The translations under genes were made by a program, and so were the position numbers. Below are positions 11,301 through 19,878 of a stretch of 64,000 nt of DNA, piece after piece. The DNA lies in contig CAIMLR010000039.1 of the NCBI GenBank assembly GCA_903842345.1, forward strand, positions 140,268 to 204,267, in the 5' to 3' direction. This stretch comes from an uncultured Myxococcales bacterium (GTDB lineage: Bacteria > Myxococcota_A > UBA9042). Every line of letters starts with the position of its first letter. Within the stretch, counting starts at the first letter, position 1. The notes beneath the pieces are model-generated. The model was given only the letters and a program-made list of their open reading frames with translations. It did no database searches and had not been told where the DNA came from.

Positions 11301-14300
11301 TCTCATCGACCGTGTTGCCACAGACTTCCGTAGCGCCGGGGTTGATGGCGGCGTTGGTGTCGTTGCAGTCGCCGCCGCCCTTTGTGCAAACCGCGGGCGT
11401 GCCGACGGTCGTCATGTTCGCGTCGCAGTACTGGTCCGCATCGTCGTCGCACCCTTCGTCGATGCCGGTGCCGGCGGAGACGCTGGCGATGACGTGCAGG
11501 TCGGTGTTGCCGCTGCCCAACAGCGTGTAGACGCCGGTCAGGCTTCCAGCGAACCAGGCCTGGCCGCTGGCGTACGGGTTGCTCGTGCCGCCGGAAATCG
11601 GCGAATCCTCGATAGTCGGGCTCCCGATGGGCGCCGGGCAGTTGAAGACGACGTAGTACGTCGCACCCGAGACGATGTTGGTACCGGCCGAGGCGGTGAA
11701 CGTAAACTTGGTGAACGCGCCCGAGGTGTTGGAAAGCGAAATCGAAACCTTGGAGCCGAGCAGCGTGCCGCCCGCACCCGGCAAACCGCCGGTGTAGACG
11801 TACATGTCGATGGCCTGGACAACCGTGCTCTTCGCGTAGAGGTCGACAGTGCCAAGGGCGCCGCTGTGCGTCGCGACGAGGGACTGGACGATGAAGCTGG
11901 AGAGCGCGTTGCTGTTGCCAGTGGCTGAAATCGCCACGTCAACCGACGGCGCGGCGCCCGCGCTGCAGTTGTTGTCCTTGCCGTCGCAGAGTTCATTGCC
12001 GCCGGGGTTGGTGTTCGGATCGGTGTCGTCACAGTCGCCGCCGCCGAGGATGCACACGTTGGGCGTGCCCACGACGGTCATCGCGCTATCGCAGAACTTG
12101 TCGCCGTCCTTGTTGCAGCCTTCATCGACCTTGCTGTTGCAGTTGTTGTCGATGTTGTCGCACTTCTCGGGCTTGCCCGGGTTCATGTTGGCGTTGGTGT
12201 CATCGCAGTCGCCCGACTGCGCGGCGGTGTACGGGGCCGTAGACGCGCACGTGCAGGCGCTGAGGCTGATGCCGTAGCCGTCGTTGTCGTTGTCGTAGTA
12301 GCGCACCGTGCAGCCCGTCGCGCCGTTCTCGTCGATGGTGCCGTCGCAGTTGTTGTCCTTGCCGTCACAGACTTCGGTCGCGGACGGATTGATCGACGCG
12401 CTTGTCTCGTCGCAGTCACCCAGCTTGGTCGCCTTGTACGAGCCGGCCACCGTGCACAAGCACTTGCCGGTCGAACCGCTGAGACCATAGGTGTCACTGT
12501 CGCCGTCAAAGTAGTACGTCGTGCAACCGGCCGCGTTCAGGTCGTTCTGGCTGCCGTTGCAGTTGTCGTCCAGGTTGTTGCCGCAAACTTCCGTCGCGCC
12601 CGGGTTCTGGTCGCTGTTGAGGTCGTCGCAGTCGCCGGCGCCCTTCGGGCAGATGGTCGGCAACGGGAAGATGACGGTGTAGGCCGCGTCGCAGTAGCCG
12701 TCCTTGTCGTCATCGCAGCCGTCGTCGGTCTTGCCGTTGCAGTTGTCGTCGATGTTGTCGCAGACTTCCTGGCTCTTGCCCTTGAAGACCGCCGCGTTGG
12801 TGTCATCGCAGTCGCCGCCGCCGTTCGGGCACTTGGTGACCGGACCGCTGAACTTCATGTTGGCGTCGCACTGACCGTCCGAGTCGTCGTCGCAACCTTC
12901 ATCGATCGTGCCGTTGCAGTTGTTGTCGAGGTTGTCGCAGATCTCCGTCGCGGCCGGGTTGACGGCCTTCTTGGAGTCGTCGCAATCCGCGCTGTTCGTC
13001 GCGGTGTACGTGCCGCTCGGCGAGCAGAACTTGGCCGAGAACGTGGAACCGTACGTATCGCCGTCCAGATCCTGGTAGAACGGCAGGCTGCCGAGCGCGT
13101 CCTGATCGTTCTGGCTGCCGTTGCAGTTGTCATCCTTGCCGTTGCCGCAGATTTCCGCCTTGCCCGGATTGACGTTCGCGTTGGTGTCGTCGCAATCGTT
13201 GATGCCGTTCTTGCAGATCGTCGGGTTGCCCACGATCGTCGCGCCGGTGTGGCAGTAGCCGTCGCCGTCGACATCGCAGCCTTCGTCAATCACCTTGTCG
13301 CAGTTGTTGTCGATGCCGTCGCAGATTTCCAATGAGCCCGGATTGATCGCCGGATCGCTCTCATTGCAGTCGCCCGGATTGATCGCCTTGTACTGGTTCA
13401 ACGGGACGCAGAGGCACTTGCTGGAGTTGGTGCCCCACTTGTCGCTGTCCGCGTCAAAGAAGAACGGCTGGCAGTCCTTGGCGTTCTGGTCGTTGTTGGA
13501 GCCGTTGCAGTTGTCGTCATACGCCGTGCCGCAGTCTTCCTGCACGCCGGGGTTGATCGTGGGCGCGGTGTCGTCGCAGTCGTTGCCGCCGTTCGGGCAC
13601 GCCGGCGGCTTGCCGATCGTGTACATGTTGGCGTCGCAGTAATCGTCGCCGTCATCGTCGCAGCCTTCGTCGACCTGGGCGTTGGAGTTGTTGTCCTTGC
13701 CGTCGCAGATTTCCTGACCAGCGGGGTTGATCGCCGGATCGGTGTCGTCGGTGTCGCCGGGGCCCGCCGGGCAGACGAGGATCGGCGCCTGGGTCGAGTC
13801 GTACGCCATGCTGGCGTCGCAGTACTTGTCGCCGTCGTCGTCGCAGCCCTCGTCGGTCTGGCCGTTGCAGTTGTCGTCGAGGTTGTTGCACTTCTCCGGG
13901 CTGCCCGGGTTGACGTTGGCGTCGGCGTCCTGGCAATCGCCGGGCTTGCTGGCGGTCAGGAGGCCGGAAGGCAAGCACTGGCAGGTGAACGGCGAGGTGC
14001 CGTAGCCGTCCGAGTCGATGTCCGTGTAGAAGTTGCTGCAGCCGAGCGCGCCCTGATCGTTGGCGTTGCCGTCGCAGTTGTCGTCGTACGTCGTGGCGCA
14101 CGTTTCAGCGACGCTCGGGTTCACATCGACGTTGGCGTCGTTGCAGTCGCCGGTCTTTGTCGCCTTGTACTGGCCGTTCGCGGTGCACAGGCACTTCGCG
14201 AGGCCCGCGCCAAACGTGTCGGAATCGACGTCGCGGTAGTACTGCACGCAGCCGCTGGCGTTTTCTTCGTCCTGGCCGTTGATGCAGTTGTCGTCTTTGC

Positions 14301-17300
14301 CGTTGCCGCAGATTTCCGGCATGCCGGGATTCACGGTCGAGTCGGTGTCATTGCAGTCGCCCACGCCCGCGAAGCACACCGCCGGCGTGCCCTTGACCGT
14401 GTACGTCGCGTCGCAGTAGCCGTCGCCGTCGTCGTCGCAACCTTCATCGACCGTGCCGTTGCAGTTGTTGTCGATGCCGTCGCAGATTTCCTTGGCGCAA
14501 GCCGGGTCGCCGCAGCAGGACGCCGGGTCCGCGCAGTCCGTCAGGTTGTTGCCGTTGTCGTCCGCGGCGTTCGTGCAGTTCTCACCGGCGTCGCAGCTGA
14601 CCACGATGTCGAACATGGCCGAGGCGGTTTCGCCCGCGACGTCGACGACGAAGTAGTAGAGCTGGTCCTTGCCCGCGGCGAACGTGACCGTGTTGCTGAC
14701 GCCGCCAAAGCCGACGCAGCCGTCCGGATCGCAGCCCTTGCTCGTCGCCTTGATGATGAACAGGCGCGCCGTCGGATCCGACACGTTGGAGAGCGTGACC
14801 GTGACCGGGCGCGACTGCGCGCTCTTGTACGTGAACGCCACTTCATGGCCGAGGTAGCTGTTGGTCGGATCGCACGTGTAGGTCGTCACCGCGTTGGTCG
14901 ACGCGCCGCCGTTGGTCACGATCTTGGCCGCGCTCTCGCCACAGCCGAGCGCCGTGTCGCCGCCGCAGAGGCAGGTGTTGGAGTTGCTGCATTCGCCAGC
15001 GGTGCAGGTGTCCGCGGTGCAGCTGTTGCCGTCGTTGCAGTCCGAGTTCTTGACGCAGCTGCCAAAGCCGTTGGCGAAGAAGGCGAGGATCGCCTTCATC
15101 ATCGTGTCCGGCGTGTCCGTGTTGGCCAGGATGCCGGCGAACGGAACGGACGACGCGATGGTGCGGTACTTCGACGTCAGGTCATCGTGACCGACCATGA
15201 CCGTGAACTTCTCAATGCCCGTGTTGACCAACAGGTCGCGGGTGCGCTGCACGGACGTGTCCGAGGCGATCTGGTCGTTCAGGTTGTCGTAGGTCGAGTC
15301 CTGGTTGAAATTCCACTGCATGTTCGTCGACGGATTGACCGTGTTGTTGGCGAACGCAGCGTAGCCCGTCAGCGGACCCGTCACGCCATTGGGCGCTTCA
15401 TCGAGCACGCCTTTGGCTTTGAAGAACGGATGCAGCGTCGTCTTCGGGTCGTACATGAAGGTGTCGCCGCCTTCCATGTACACCTTGCCGCCCTGCGCGA
15501 GGTACAGTTTGAGGCTCGTGGTCTCCGATTCCGACAGCACGTGGTTGTCCGGGTAGTTGCCCAGCAGGACGAACACGGACGAGAACTTGTTCAGGGACGG
15601 GTACAGCGCGAGGTCGCTGATGACCTGATTGATCTGGCCCTGCTTGATGAGCGCGGCCTTCACCGGGTCGCTCATCGCGGTCGGGACTTCCGTCGGCCGC
15701 CAAACGAGGACGCCGCCCTGATAGGTCACGGTCACCTTGAAGGTGCACGTGTGGTACAGGTAGCCGTCCGAGACCTTGAGGCCAAGCGTGTACTCGCCCA
15801 CGTCCTGCACGCCAGTCGGCGCGATGGTGATCGTGCCGTTCCAGCTCTTGTCGACAAAGTAGTAGTTCATCTGCGAACCGACGATGAACGACGGGGCGCC
15901 CGTGAGCGTCGCGGTGACGACGTCGCCCGCATCCGGATCCTTGACCTTGATCGGCAGGATGATCTTGCTGCCGGTCGGCACGACCTGGTTGGCCGGGCAC
16001 GCGGTGATGACGGGCGCGCCACCCTTGACGACGCACACGTTGTCGATGGCGTACGAGGACAGGTTGAACGTCGAGGTGCCGGAGACGCAGAACGCGAGGC
16101 GCAGGCCGTTGGAGCCAACGAGCGAGGCGGGCAGCTTCAGGTCGACGGTTTCCGGGCCCACGCCGCTTGTGGTCGTGAATGAGTCGATGACCGTCGCGGT
16201 CTGCCAGTCGGCGTACGTGCCGTCGAGCGAACCGAGGATGCGGATGCCGGTTTCACCGACGTTCGGAATGAATTCGCGATCGTACTGGATGGTGATGGCG
16301 CTGGTGCCCGAGCCGAGGAAGACCGGCGACTGGAGGCACGTGTCATAGCCAACCTTGGTCGGCGTCCAGTTGAACTGGGCGAAGCGGTCGGGGCCGAGGT
16401 TGCCGGTCGTGGCGGTGTTCCAGTTGCTCGCCGCGGTGCCGCTGACGTTGGCCGGATCCCAGCCGAGCGTGGCGAGGTCGCTGCTCTGGCTGAAGTCCTG
16501 GCAGTAGCTGAGGTTCACGGTGCATGCGGCCTTTTTGGTGGCCTGGCAGGCGAGCGTGCCGTCGGTCTGCTGCAGGCACTTGCCCTGCGTGCAGTCGCTG
16601 TTGAAGGACGCGCACTCGGTCGCTTCATTGAGCGGGTTGCAGCACACGGAGACGCCGGCGACGGTGTCCGTGTGGTAGCAGGTGCTGGCGATGCACGCAT
16701 CCGCGGTGCAGGCTTTGGCGTCGTCGCAGTCCGTCTTGTCGATGCAGCAGCCGGCGATCGGCGTGTGCGTCGGGAGACCGTTGACGCACGTGTCGGCCGT
16801 GCACTTGTTGGCGTCGTCGAAGGAAGCCAGGTTGGTCGGCGTGCAGATCGAGCACGGCGGCGTCAGCGTGTACTGGCACGTGCCGGTCGGCTGGCCGCTG
16901 ACGATGTTGCACTTGTCCGCCGAGCAGGAAACGCCGTCATCGCAAGCCGCGTCGTTCACGCAGCAGCCGGTCGCCGGCGTGCTGTGGCGGCACTGGTTGT
17001 TCTGGCAGTATTCCACCGTGCAGGGGTTGGAGTCGTCGCACTTGGTCAGCGCGTCCTTGTCGTTCAGGCAGCAATCCGCCTTGACGCCAAACGCGCAGAA
17101 GTGGGTCGTCAAGTCGCACGTCGCCGTGTGGCACGTCGCGAGGTACGGGTTGGTCGCCTTGTCGGCGGCGGCGCAGAACGTGTCCGTCGTGCAGCAGTTC
17201 TGAATCAGCGGGTGCGAGCAGGCGCCGCAGCCGTCGGCATTCAGGTTGCAGACGTCCTGCGTGCACGGCGCGCCGTCGTCACAGTCGAGGTCCACTTTGC

Positions 17301-19065
17301 ACGCGTACGGGTTGGCCTTGTGCGTGCAGTGATTGGTCGAGTCGCACGCGTCGTTGGTCGAGCAGTCGCCGTCGTCGCAGCCGGCGCCGGAGTCACAGCA
17401 GGTGCTGTCGCCGTTCGGAACGTTGACGCAGGTGTGCTGGGTCAGATCGCAGCTGTCGATCGTGCAGAACAGCTTGTCGTTGCACGCTGAAGCCGCATTG
17501 CTGGAGTCACAGCAGCCCGCGACGGGCAAGCCGAGGCACTGGTGGTTCACGCACACATCGGCGGTGCAGTACTTGCCGTCGTTGCAGTCCGTGTCGATGT
17601 CGCAGCAGCCGTTGAACAGGCCAACGTGCTTGCAGGTGTTGATCGGCGCGTCGCAGTAGTCGCTCGTGCAGTACAAGCCGTCATCGCATTCTTTGTTGAT
17701 GTTGCAGCAACCGGCGACCGCATCGTGATGGCAGAACTGGTTCGGCACGTCGCAGGAGTCATTGGTGCACAGATTGTTGTCGTCGCACATCGCGTTGTTC
17801 TGGCAGCATTCCGTGTTCTTGGTGTGCTGGCACTGGTTGTTGACGCACTTGTCCAACGTGCAGGGCTGGCCGTCGTCGCACAGGTCGATCAGCGGATCGC
17901 AGCAATTCGAGTCGGTCTTGTTGTGCGTGCACTGCGTCCAGCCGCCGGGCATGGCGGTGGTGCAAGCGTCCACGGTGCAAGCGTTTTTGTCGTCGCAGGT
18001 GGTGTTGCTCGTCGCGGAGCAGCAGTCGGGCTTGAAGTAGCTGTCCGCCGTGTAACGGCACTGGAACGCGATGCAGCCGCCGACTTTGCAGACGTCGTCC
18101 GACGCGCACTCGCTGTCGGCGCAGCACGCGCCCGCGGGCTGAACGTGATTGCAGACACCGATGCCGCCGCCGCTGGGCAGGACGCATGCGTCCGTGGTGC
18201 AGGGCTTGCCGTCGGAGCAGGCGTCCGTCGACTTGGTGCAGCAGTTGGGGTCGCTCTTGTTGTGCGTGCAGACGCCCTTGACGCCGCTCAGGTCGCACTT
18301 GTCGGTGGAGCAGGCGTCGCCGTCGTCGCAGTTCGCGTCGGTCAAGCACGCCGAGCACTGGGAATTCTGGGTGTTCGGGTTGATGCAGTTGCTGCCCGCG
18401 GAGCAGTCGAAATTGGACGTGCAGCAGTTCGGGACGATCTGGACCACGCACGTGCCAGCCTGGCAGTACTCGCCGGTGCAGGCGTCGCCGTCATCGCAGT
18501 CGGCGTCTTTGCCGCAGGGCGCAGTGATCTTGACCTGACGCACGCCTTGCGCGGCGCCGGTGGCGTCAAACAGGTCCTGACCCGTCGCGTCCAGCAGCAC
18601 GCAAGCCAGCGTGTGGCCGCCCTTCTTCAGGCCGGTAAACGTGACCGGCGAGCCCACCGTGAAGGTGCCAAAGAGGATGCCATCGACGTAGCAATGCACC
18701 TCGTTGCCGGTGTAGTTCGTCGTCGTGTACGCAAAGTCCACGTTGGTCGTGCCAGCGTTCGTGGACACCGGGAACGCAGCCTGGTTGGCCGGCGCGCTCA
18801 CCGCAATCGTCGGCGTGGTCAGTGCGAAGGTCTCGACACCGAACTCAGCGTCCACGCCAATCGCGACGTCCGGCGTTGCCGGCTTCTCCGTCGAAGGCGT
18901 TTGACCAGCGCAGCCGGCTAGACCCGCAGTCAGGAGCGACAACGCCAAAAACGCACCAAACTTGGCAAAGCCAAGTCCGAAGCGTTTCGACGACCGTTCG
19001 TCCTGTGTGCGGTGGGCAGTAGAGAGCCCCGGGCTACACATGCGCGCAATGTGCTGGTTCCGCAT
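5335..19065 (-). CDS. Giant (about 4,570-4,635 aa) secreted Cys-rich repeat lipoprotein. Architecture: N-terminal lipoprotein signal; Myxococcus-type Cys-rich repeats; a Cys-poor central region with Ig/cadherin-like and other globular domains; about 2,700 aa of MopE-like putative metal-binding repeats (DCDDxxxxxNPGAxExCDGxDNNCNGxxDEGCDxDxDGYCD) interrupted by three paralogous Cys-free beta-modules and a lamin-tail-like domain; C-terminal Cys-rich region with a PPC-like (pre-peptidase C-terminal) domain (TDNDWYYF).
   Basis: Uninterrupted ORF 5335..19242. In-frame Mets at 19065 (MRNQHIARM...) and 19041 (MCSPG...) precede a lipobox (KRFGLGFAKFGAFLALSLLTAGLAG|C, Cys at about 18912). Dozens of near-identical NPGATE[IV]CDG[IKL]DNNCNG units. 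Coordinates were checked by back-translating 15481-15590 (KFSSVFVLLGNYPDNHVLSESETTSLKLYLAQGGKV). The + strand ORF 5122..11928 is its antisense shadow. Confidence 0.85.
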   Translation of the reverse strand: MRNQHIARMCSPGLSTAHRTQDERSSKRFGLGFAKFGAFLALSLLTAGLAGCAGQTPSTEKPATPDVAIGVDAEFGVETFALTTPTIAVSAPANQAAFPVSTNAGTTNVDFAYTTTNYTGNEVHCYVDGILFGTFTVGSPVTFTGLKKGGHTLACVLLDATGQDLFDATGAAQGVRQVKITAPCGKDADCDDGDACTGEYCQAGTCVVQIVPNCCTSNFDCSAGSNCINPNTQNSQCSACLTDANCDDGDACSTDKCDLSGVKGVCTHNKSDPNCCTKSTDACSDGKPCTTDACVLPSGGGIGVCNHVQPAGACCADSECASDDVCKVGGCIAFQCRYTADSYFKPDCCSATSNTTCDDKNACTVDACTTAMPGGWTQCTHNKTDSNCCDPLIDLCDDGQPCTLDKCVNNQCQHTKNTECCQNNAMCDDNNLCTNDSCDVPNQFCHHDAVAGCCNINKECDDGLYCTSDYCDAPINTCKHVGLFNGCCDIDTDCNDGKYCTADVCVNHQCLGLPVAGCCDSSNAASACNDKLFCTIDSCDLTQHTCVNVPNGDSTCCDSGAGCDDGDCSTNDACDSTNHCTHKANPYACKVDLDCDDGAPCTQDVCNLNADGCGACSHPLIQNCCTTDTFCAAADKATNPYLATCHTATCDLTTHFCAFGVKADCCLNDKDALTKCDDSNPCTVEYCQNNQCRHSTPATGCCVNDAACDDGVSCSADKCNIVSGQPTGTCQYTLTPPCSICTPTNLASFDDANKCTADTCVNGLPTHTPIAGCCIDKTDCDDAKACTADACIASTCYHTDTVAGVSVCCNPLNEATECASFNSDCTQGKCLQQTDGTLACQATKKAACTVNLSYCQDFSQSSDLATLGWDPANVSGTAASNWNTATTGNLGPDRFAQFNWTPTKVGYDTCLQSPVFLGSGTSAITIQYDREFIPNVGETGIRILGSLDGTYADWQTATVIDSFTTTSGVGPETVDLKLPASLVGSNGLRLAFCVSGTSTFNLSSYAIDNVCVVKGGAPVITACPANQVVPTGSKIILPIKVKDPDAGDVVTATLTGAPSFIVGSQMNYYFVDKSWNGTITIAPTGVQDVGEYTLGLKVSDGYLYHTCTFKVTVTYQGGVLVWRPTEVPTAMSDPVKAALIKQGQINQVISDLALYPSLNKFSSVFVLLGNYPDNHVLSESETTSLKLYLAQGGKVYMEGGDTFMYDPKTTLHPFFKAKGVLDEAPNGVTGPLTGYAAFANNTVNPSTNMQWNFNQDSTYDNLNDQIASDTSVQRTRDLLVNTGIEKFTVMVGHDDLTSKYRTIASSVPFAGILANTDTPDTMMKAILAFFANGFGSCVKNSDCNDGNSCTADTCTAGECSNSNTCLCGGDTALGCGESAAKIVTNGGASTNAVTTYTCDPTNSYLGHEVAFTYKSAQSRPVTVTLSNVSDPTARLFIIKATSKGCDPDGCVGFGGVSNTVTFAAGKDQLYYFVVDVAGETASAMFDIVVSCDAGENCTNAADDNGNNLTDCADPASCCGDPACAKEICDGIDNNCNGTVDEGCDDDGDGYCDATYTVKGTPAVCFAGVGDCNDTDSTVNPGMPEICGNGKDDNCINGQDEENASGCVQYYRDVDSDTFGAGLAKCLCTANGQYKATKTGDCNDANVDVNPSVAETCATTYDDNCDGNANDQGALGCSNFYTDIDSDGYGTSPFTCQCLPSGLLTASKPGDCQDADANVNPGSPEKCNNLDDNCNGQTDEGCDDDGDKYCDASMAYDSTQAPILVCPAGPGDTDDTDPAINPAGQEICDGKDNNSNAQVDEGCDDDGDDYCDANMYTIGKPPACPNGGNDCDDTAPTINPGVQEDCGTAYDDNCNGSNNDQNAKDCQPFFFDADSDKWGTNSSKCLCVPLNQYKAINPGDCNESDPAINPGSLEICDGIDNNCDKVIDEGCDVDGDGYCHTGATIVGNPTICKNGINDCDDTNANVNPGKAEICGNGKDDNCNGSQNDQDALGSLPFYQDLDGDTYGSTFSAKFCSPSGTYTATNSADCDDSKKAVNPAATEICDNLDNNCNGTIDEGCDDDSDGQCDANMKFSGPVTKCPNGGGDCDDTNAAVFKGKSQEVCDNIDDNCNGKTDDGCDDDKDGYCDAAYTVIFPLPTICPKGAGDCDDLNSDQNPGATEVCGNNLDDNCNGSQNDLNAAGCTTYYFDGDSDTYGLSGSTGKCLCTVAGSYKATKLGDCDETSASINPSATEVCDGKDNNCDGTIDENGATGCTVRYYDNDNDGYGISLSACTCASTAPYTAAQSGDCDDTNANMNPGKPEKCDNIDNNCNSKVDEGCNKDGDKFCDSAMTVVGTPNVCILGGGDCDDTDPNTNPGGNELCDGKDNNCSAGAAPSVDVAISATGNSNALSSFIVQSLVATHSGALGTVDLYAKSTVVQAIDMYVYTGGLPGAGGTLLGSKVSISLSNTSGAFTKFTFTASAGTNIVSGATYYVVFNCPAPIGSPTIEDSPISGGTSNPYASGQAWFAGSLTGVYTLLGSGNTDLHVIASVSAGTGIDEGCDDDADQYCDANMTTVGTPAVCTKGGGDCNDTNAAINPGATEVCGNTVDENCSGGYNDLNAQGCTQFFADYDGDTYGKGSSSFQKAVINEIHYSSTTFAGSTAQDSMEILVTADWTITDLATIYFGDSSTSGAAKVGAFHLNLGALGITTLKAGTIINVGGKGIIGTEDTAYNPATGDWNLQLYTDGAYVLTDASGADFAGADVAWVDTSLSGTTSIDSWAWSTAKPGFGKAQINTAPTVAVPYVQFVGDISGVDVATNYVAGGSGTPGQPNGGKNTSFVTFLRTLSLSGAGQCLCTGVAPYTSSKGGDCDDGNYLASPGLPELCDGIDNNCNGIADEGCDDDGDGYCDSTMTTIGSPTICPSGGGDCNDTNSAVHPNATDICGNATDFNCDGVAGSVGGSGCINYYWDGDSDGVGVNVSQCVCVATGKYTSLLNTDCDDTNANVSPLKTEDCLTAYDDNCNGTTNDVGAANCIPFYKDADLDGYGANSAANQCQCAAQGQYVASAAGDCDDTKVSVNPGATEICDAIDNNCNVTGGTTYFADVTQPVSTLVTHSLTNFVGQTFVAQHTGQLSSVDVYVKTTQTINLDMFVYTLGLPTAGGVQIGTTQTISVPTYGSATKVTFTISGAINVTAGATYGLIFHTTTATGQLISDNNTNPYASGTESFAATLTGAYSAYAGPADLQINVNVGVTGAGTTVDEGCDDDADLYCDATMYITSTATCTKTTKPAVGSTKLGDDCNDNAASANPGGTEICDGIDNNCDGVTDDGCDADKDGYCATTKTVAAGGFGAGTACFNQASAGSGTDCNDANSSVYPGKTEICDGVDNNCNGTTDESCDKDGDKYCDAALTTVGTPAACIFGGGDCNDSSATINPGAVELCDSIDNNCVGGTDEGCNDLDGDGYCNGVQSAGGKCPNGGGDCNDANNLINPGRAEDCSTAYDDNCNGLTNEVGAANCTAWYVDADQDGYGSNAAASVCECRQSAVGAVPNYSASITGDCDDTKATVNPGATEICDGLDNNCNVGASGTPVNDVVIPGLATPGTNSLNNYVAQALKAANTGSLTSVTIYINTVNVASAVDLFIFKGGAPGVGTQITKVTQTVTANGLSAATFPIASGVVSLATNDVYYVVFHPQATVTGGTFERNTTGTSDATSAYPNGYASFAAAGGALPTSGTYAAFGSAGVFNVDVRLTTVITPAASGVVTIDENCDVDNDKHCAVGKLVTATALCISNSPFPTGSTTATGDDCNDNNAAVYVGAVEVCDNVDNNCVGGIDEVCDVDNDDYCANTAIIASGVLVSTCVSSGTGTGAVGNDCNDGAANIHPGAAIVEDCATPGVDENCDGTDNNQNGKNCLTFYNDTDGDGWGVAAQPQCWCRATGTYSSQTVNDCDDTNPAIKGGGVTEVCDNKDNNCNGVTDEGCDDDKDGYCDATMTKTAVTVTACALTPAASLVGNDCDDTTKNVNPGMTEMCDGLDNNCNASTDENCDKDGDHYCDKNLVTVGTPASCNLGGGDCNDTAGATGLSINPGKLELCGDSLDNNCNGATDEQNASGCVNYFFDGDQDGYPINSSQCMCANNLQSLLYTVAQNGALLLGGTPTAGTTLDCNDNPAAGGADAFPTHAEWCDGLDNNCVTGVDELCDKDGDTYCDSAKVTKGLPTVCTKGGGDCNDSVASVNPGATESCDGVDQNCNGVVDDNAANWCTSGAGPLSGAANNATVACTAGVCQVTACAAGFANTNGTALPCNVGQTGCSDGCECNVNDAFEPANNTCPGVQLAPALGNTLSDLGNLNMGGGNYGQKATISGSLILGTDNDWYYFYAADAADYGVNLQYDLYTVRAWFPSNPTSAVMEVFRGSSTSQLCPGSAGANAVQFQNGAGKPAWFTPTPSGYAAPSSSTPAGWNQVCCGDTDFWWYTSGNTYRGGSYQFSNALSEYGEFPCWSGDSYDTGNCQAYPNNGSNCYNAPTTGYAAYWYANASYIAPNAYTGHGAFPYGYDLRRCADDSAWYAIHIYRPTGTDAAICAPYSLEVSNGLYPAQRNDQGRSGW

Positions 19066-19878
19066 CGCATTCCTCTTGACGACAGATTCCGGCAAAGGGA
19101 GGGCGCATTCAGCAGTGGCATGGCGGGGAGATATGTGCGGGTTTCGGCTCGTGCGGCATCGCGTGATGCTACCGGTTCGATTCCCACTGGCTTCGTCTAC
19201 CTGTGTCAGCAAGCGTCGCCGCTTGTCGTTATCGCCGCGCATGTTCAGCGCAGCTCAGGTGTCAGAAACCACTCCCTGCTCTCGGCTGGCAGCCATCGAA
19301 ACCGCAGGTTGGCCTTTCCTGCGGAGGTGTACTCGATGGGCGTCCAGTCGCACTTGCCGTCGGTCTTCGCCTGCCTCCGATATGGAGACGTCTTGAAGAC
19401 TTTTTGCACCCTAACTCGTTGGAATGTCCTGTCGTATCGGCACTGTTGCAGGGGGATCGCAACCGTAACTCGTTCCGTCGCACGATGCGGGCTGTTTCGG
19501 GCCTGGCAGCCGTCCACAGATTCATCGTCGGCAGCGAATTCTCAAGCGCCCGTTGGGGAAGCGCGGGACGATTTGCACCGTCTCGCGCCGTCGGAGCGCC
19601 ACTTGCAGTCGTCGTTGAAACCCCGTCCAACGGTCGACTACACGGAATTCGGGATTCGGAGGCTCGCCTGCGTCAACCTGGGGTGGTTGAGCGGTCAAAC
19701 CCGTCGCTGTTGCGGATCAGGCAGTTGCGACGGCGACCGGTAACGGGGCGCTCTCGACGCCAAGTACCGGTCCTCCATCGTTGACGTTAGCAAAGCAACT
19801 ACCGGAACGCAAGCAGAAGCAACGTGTCCATGGGCTTTGGCCAAATGCGCCGGAGTTTTGTCGCGTCGCCGCTTGGGT

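Noticed and set aside
5122-11928. 2,268-aa + strand ORF (Ala/Arg/Val-rich).
   Set aside because: Antisense shadow of the giant Cys-repeat gene. Low-complexity AVR-rich composition is typical of GC-rich reverse frames. The minus-strand frame has the coherent domain repeats and a lipoprotein signal.
19243-19878. Several short ORFs (e.g. 19012..19743, 19203..19784) in the region upstream of the giant gene.
   Set aside because: They overlap each other in multiple frames with no Shine-Dalgarno sequences or motifs. The region is more likely the promoter and long 5' leader of the giant lipoprotein gene.
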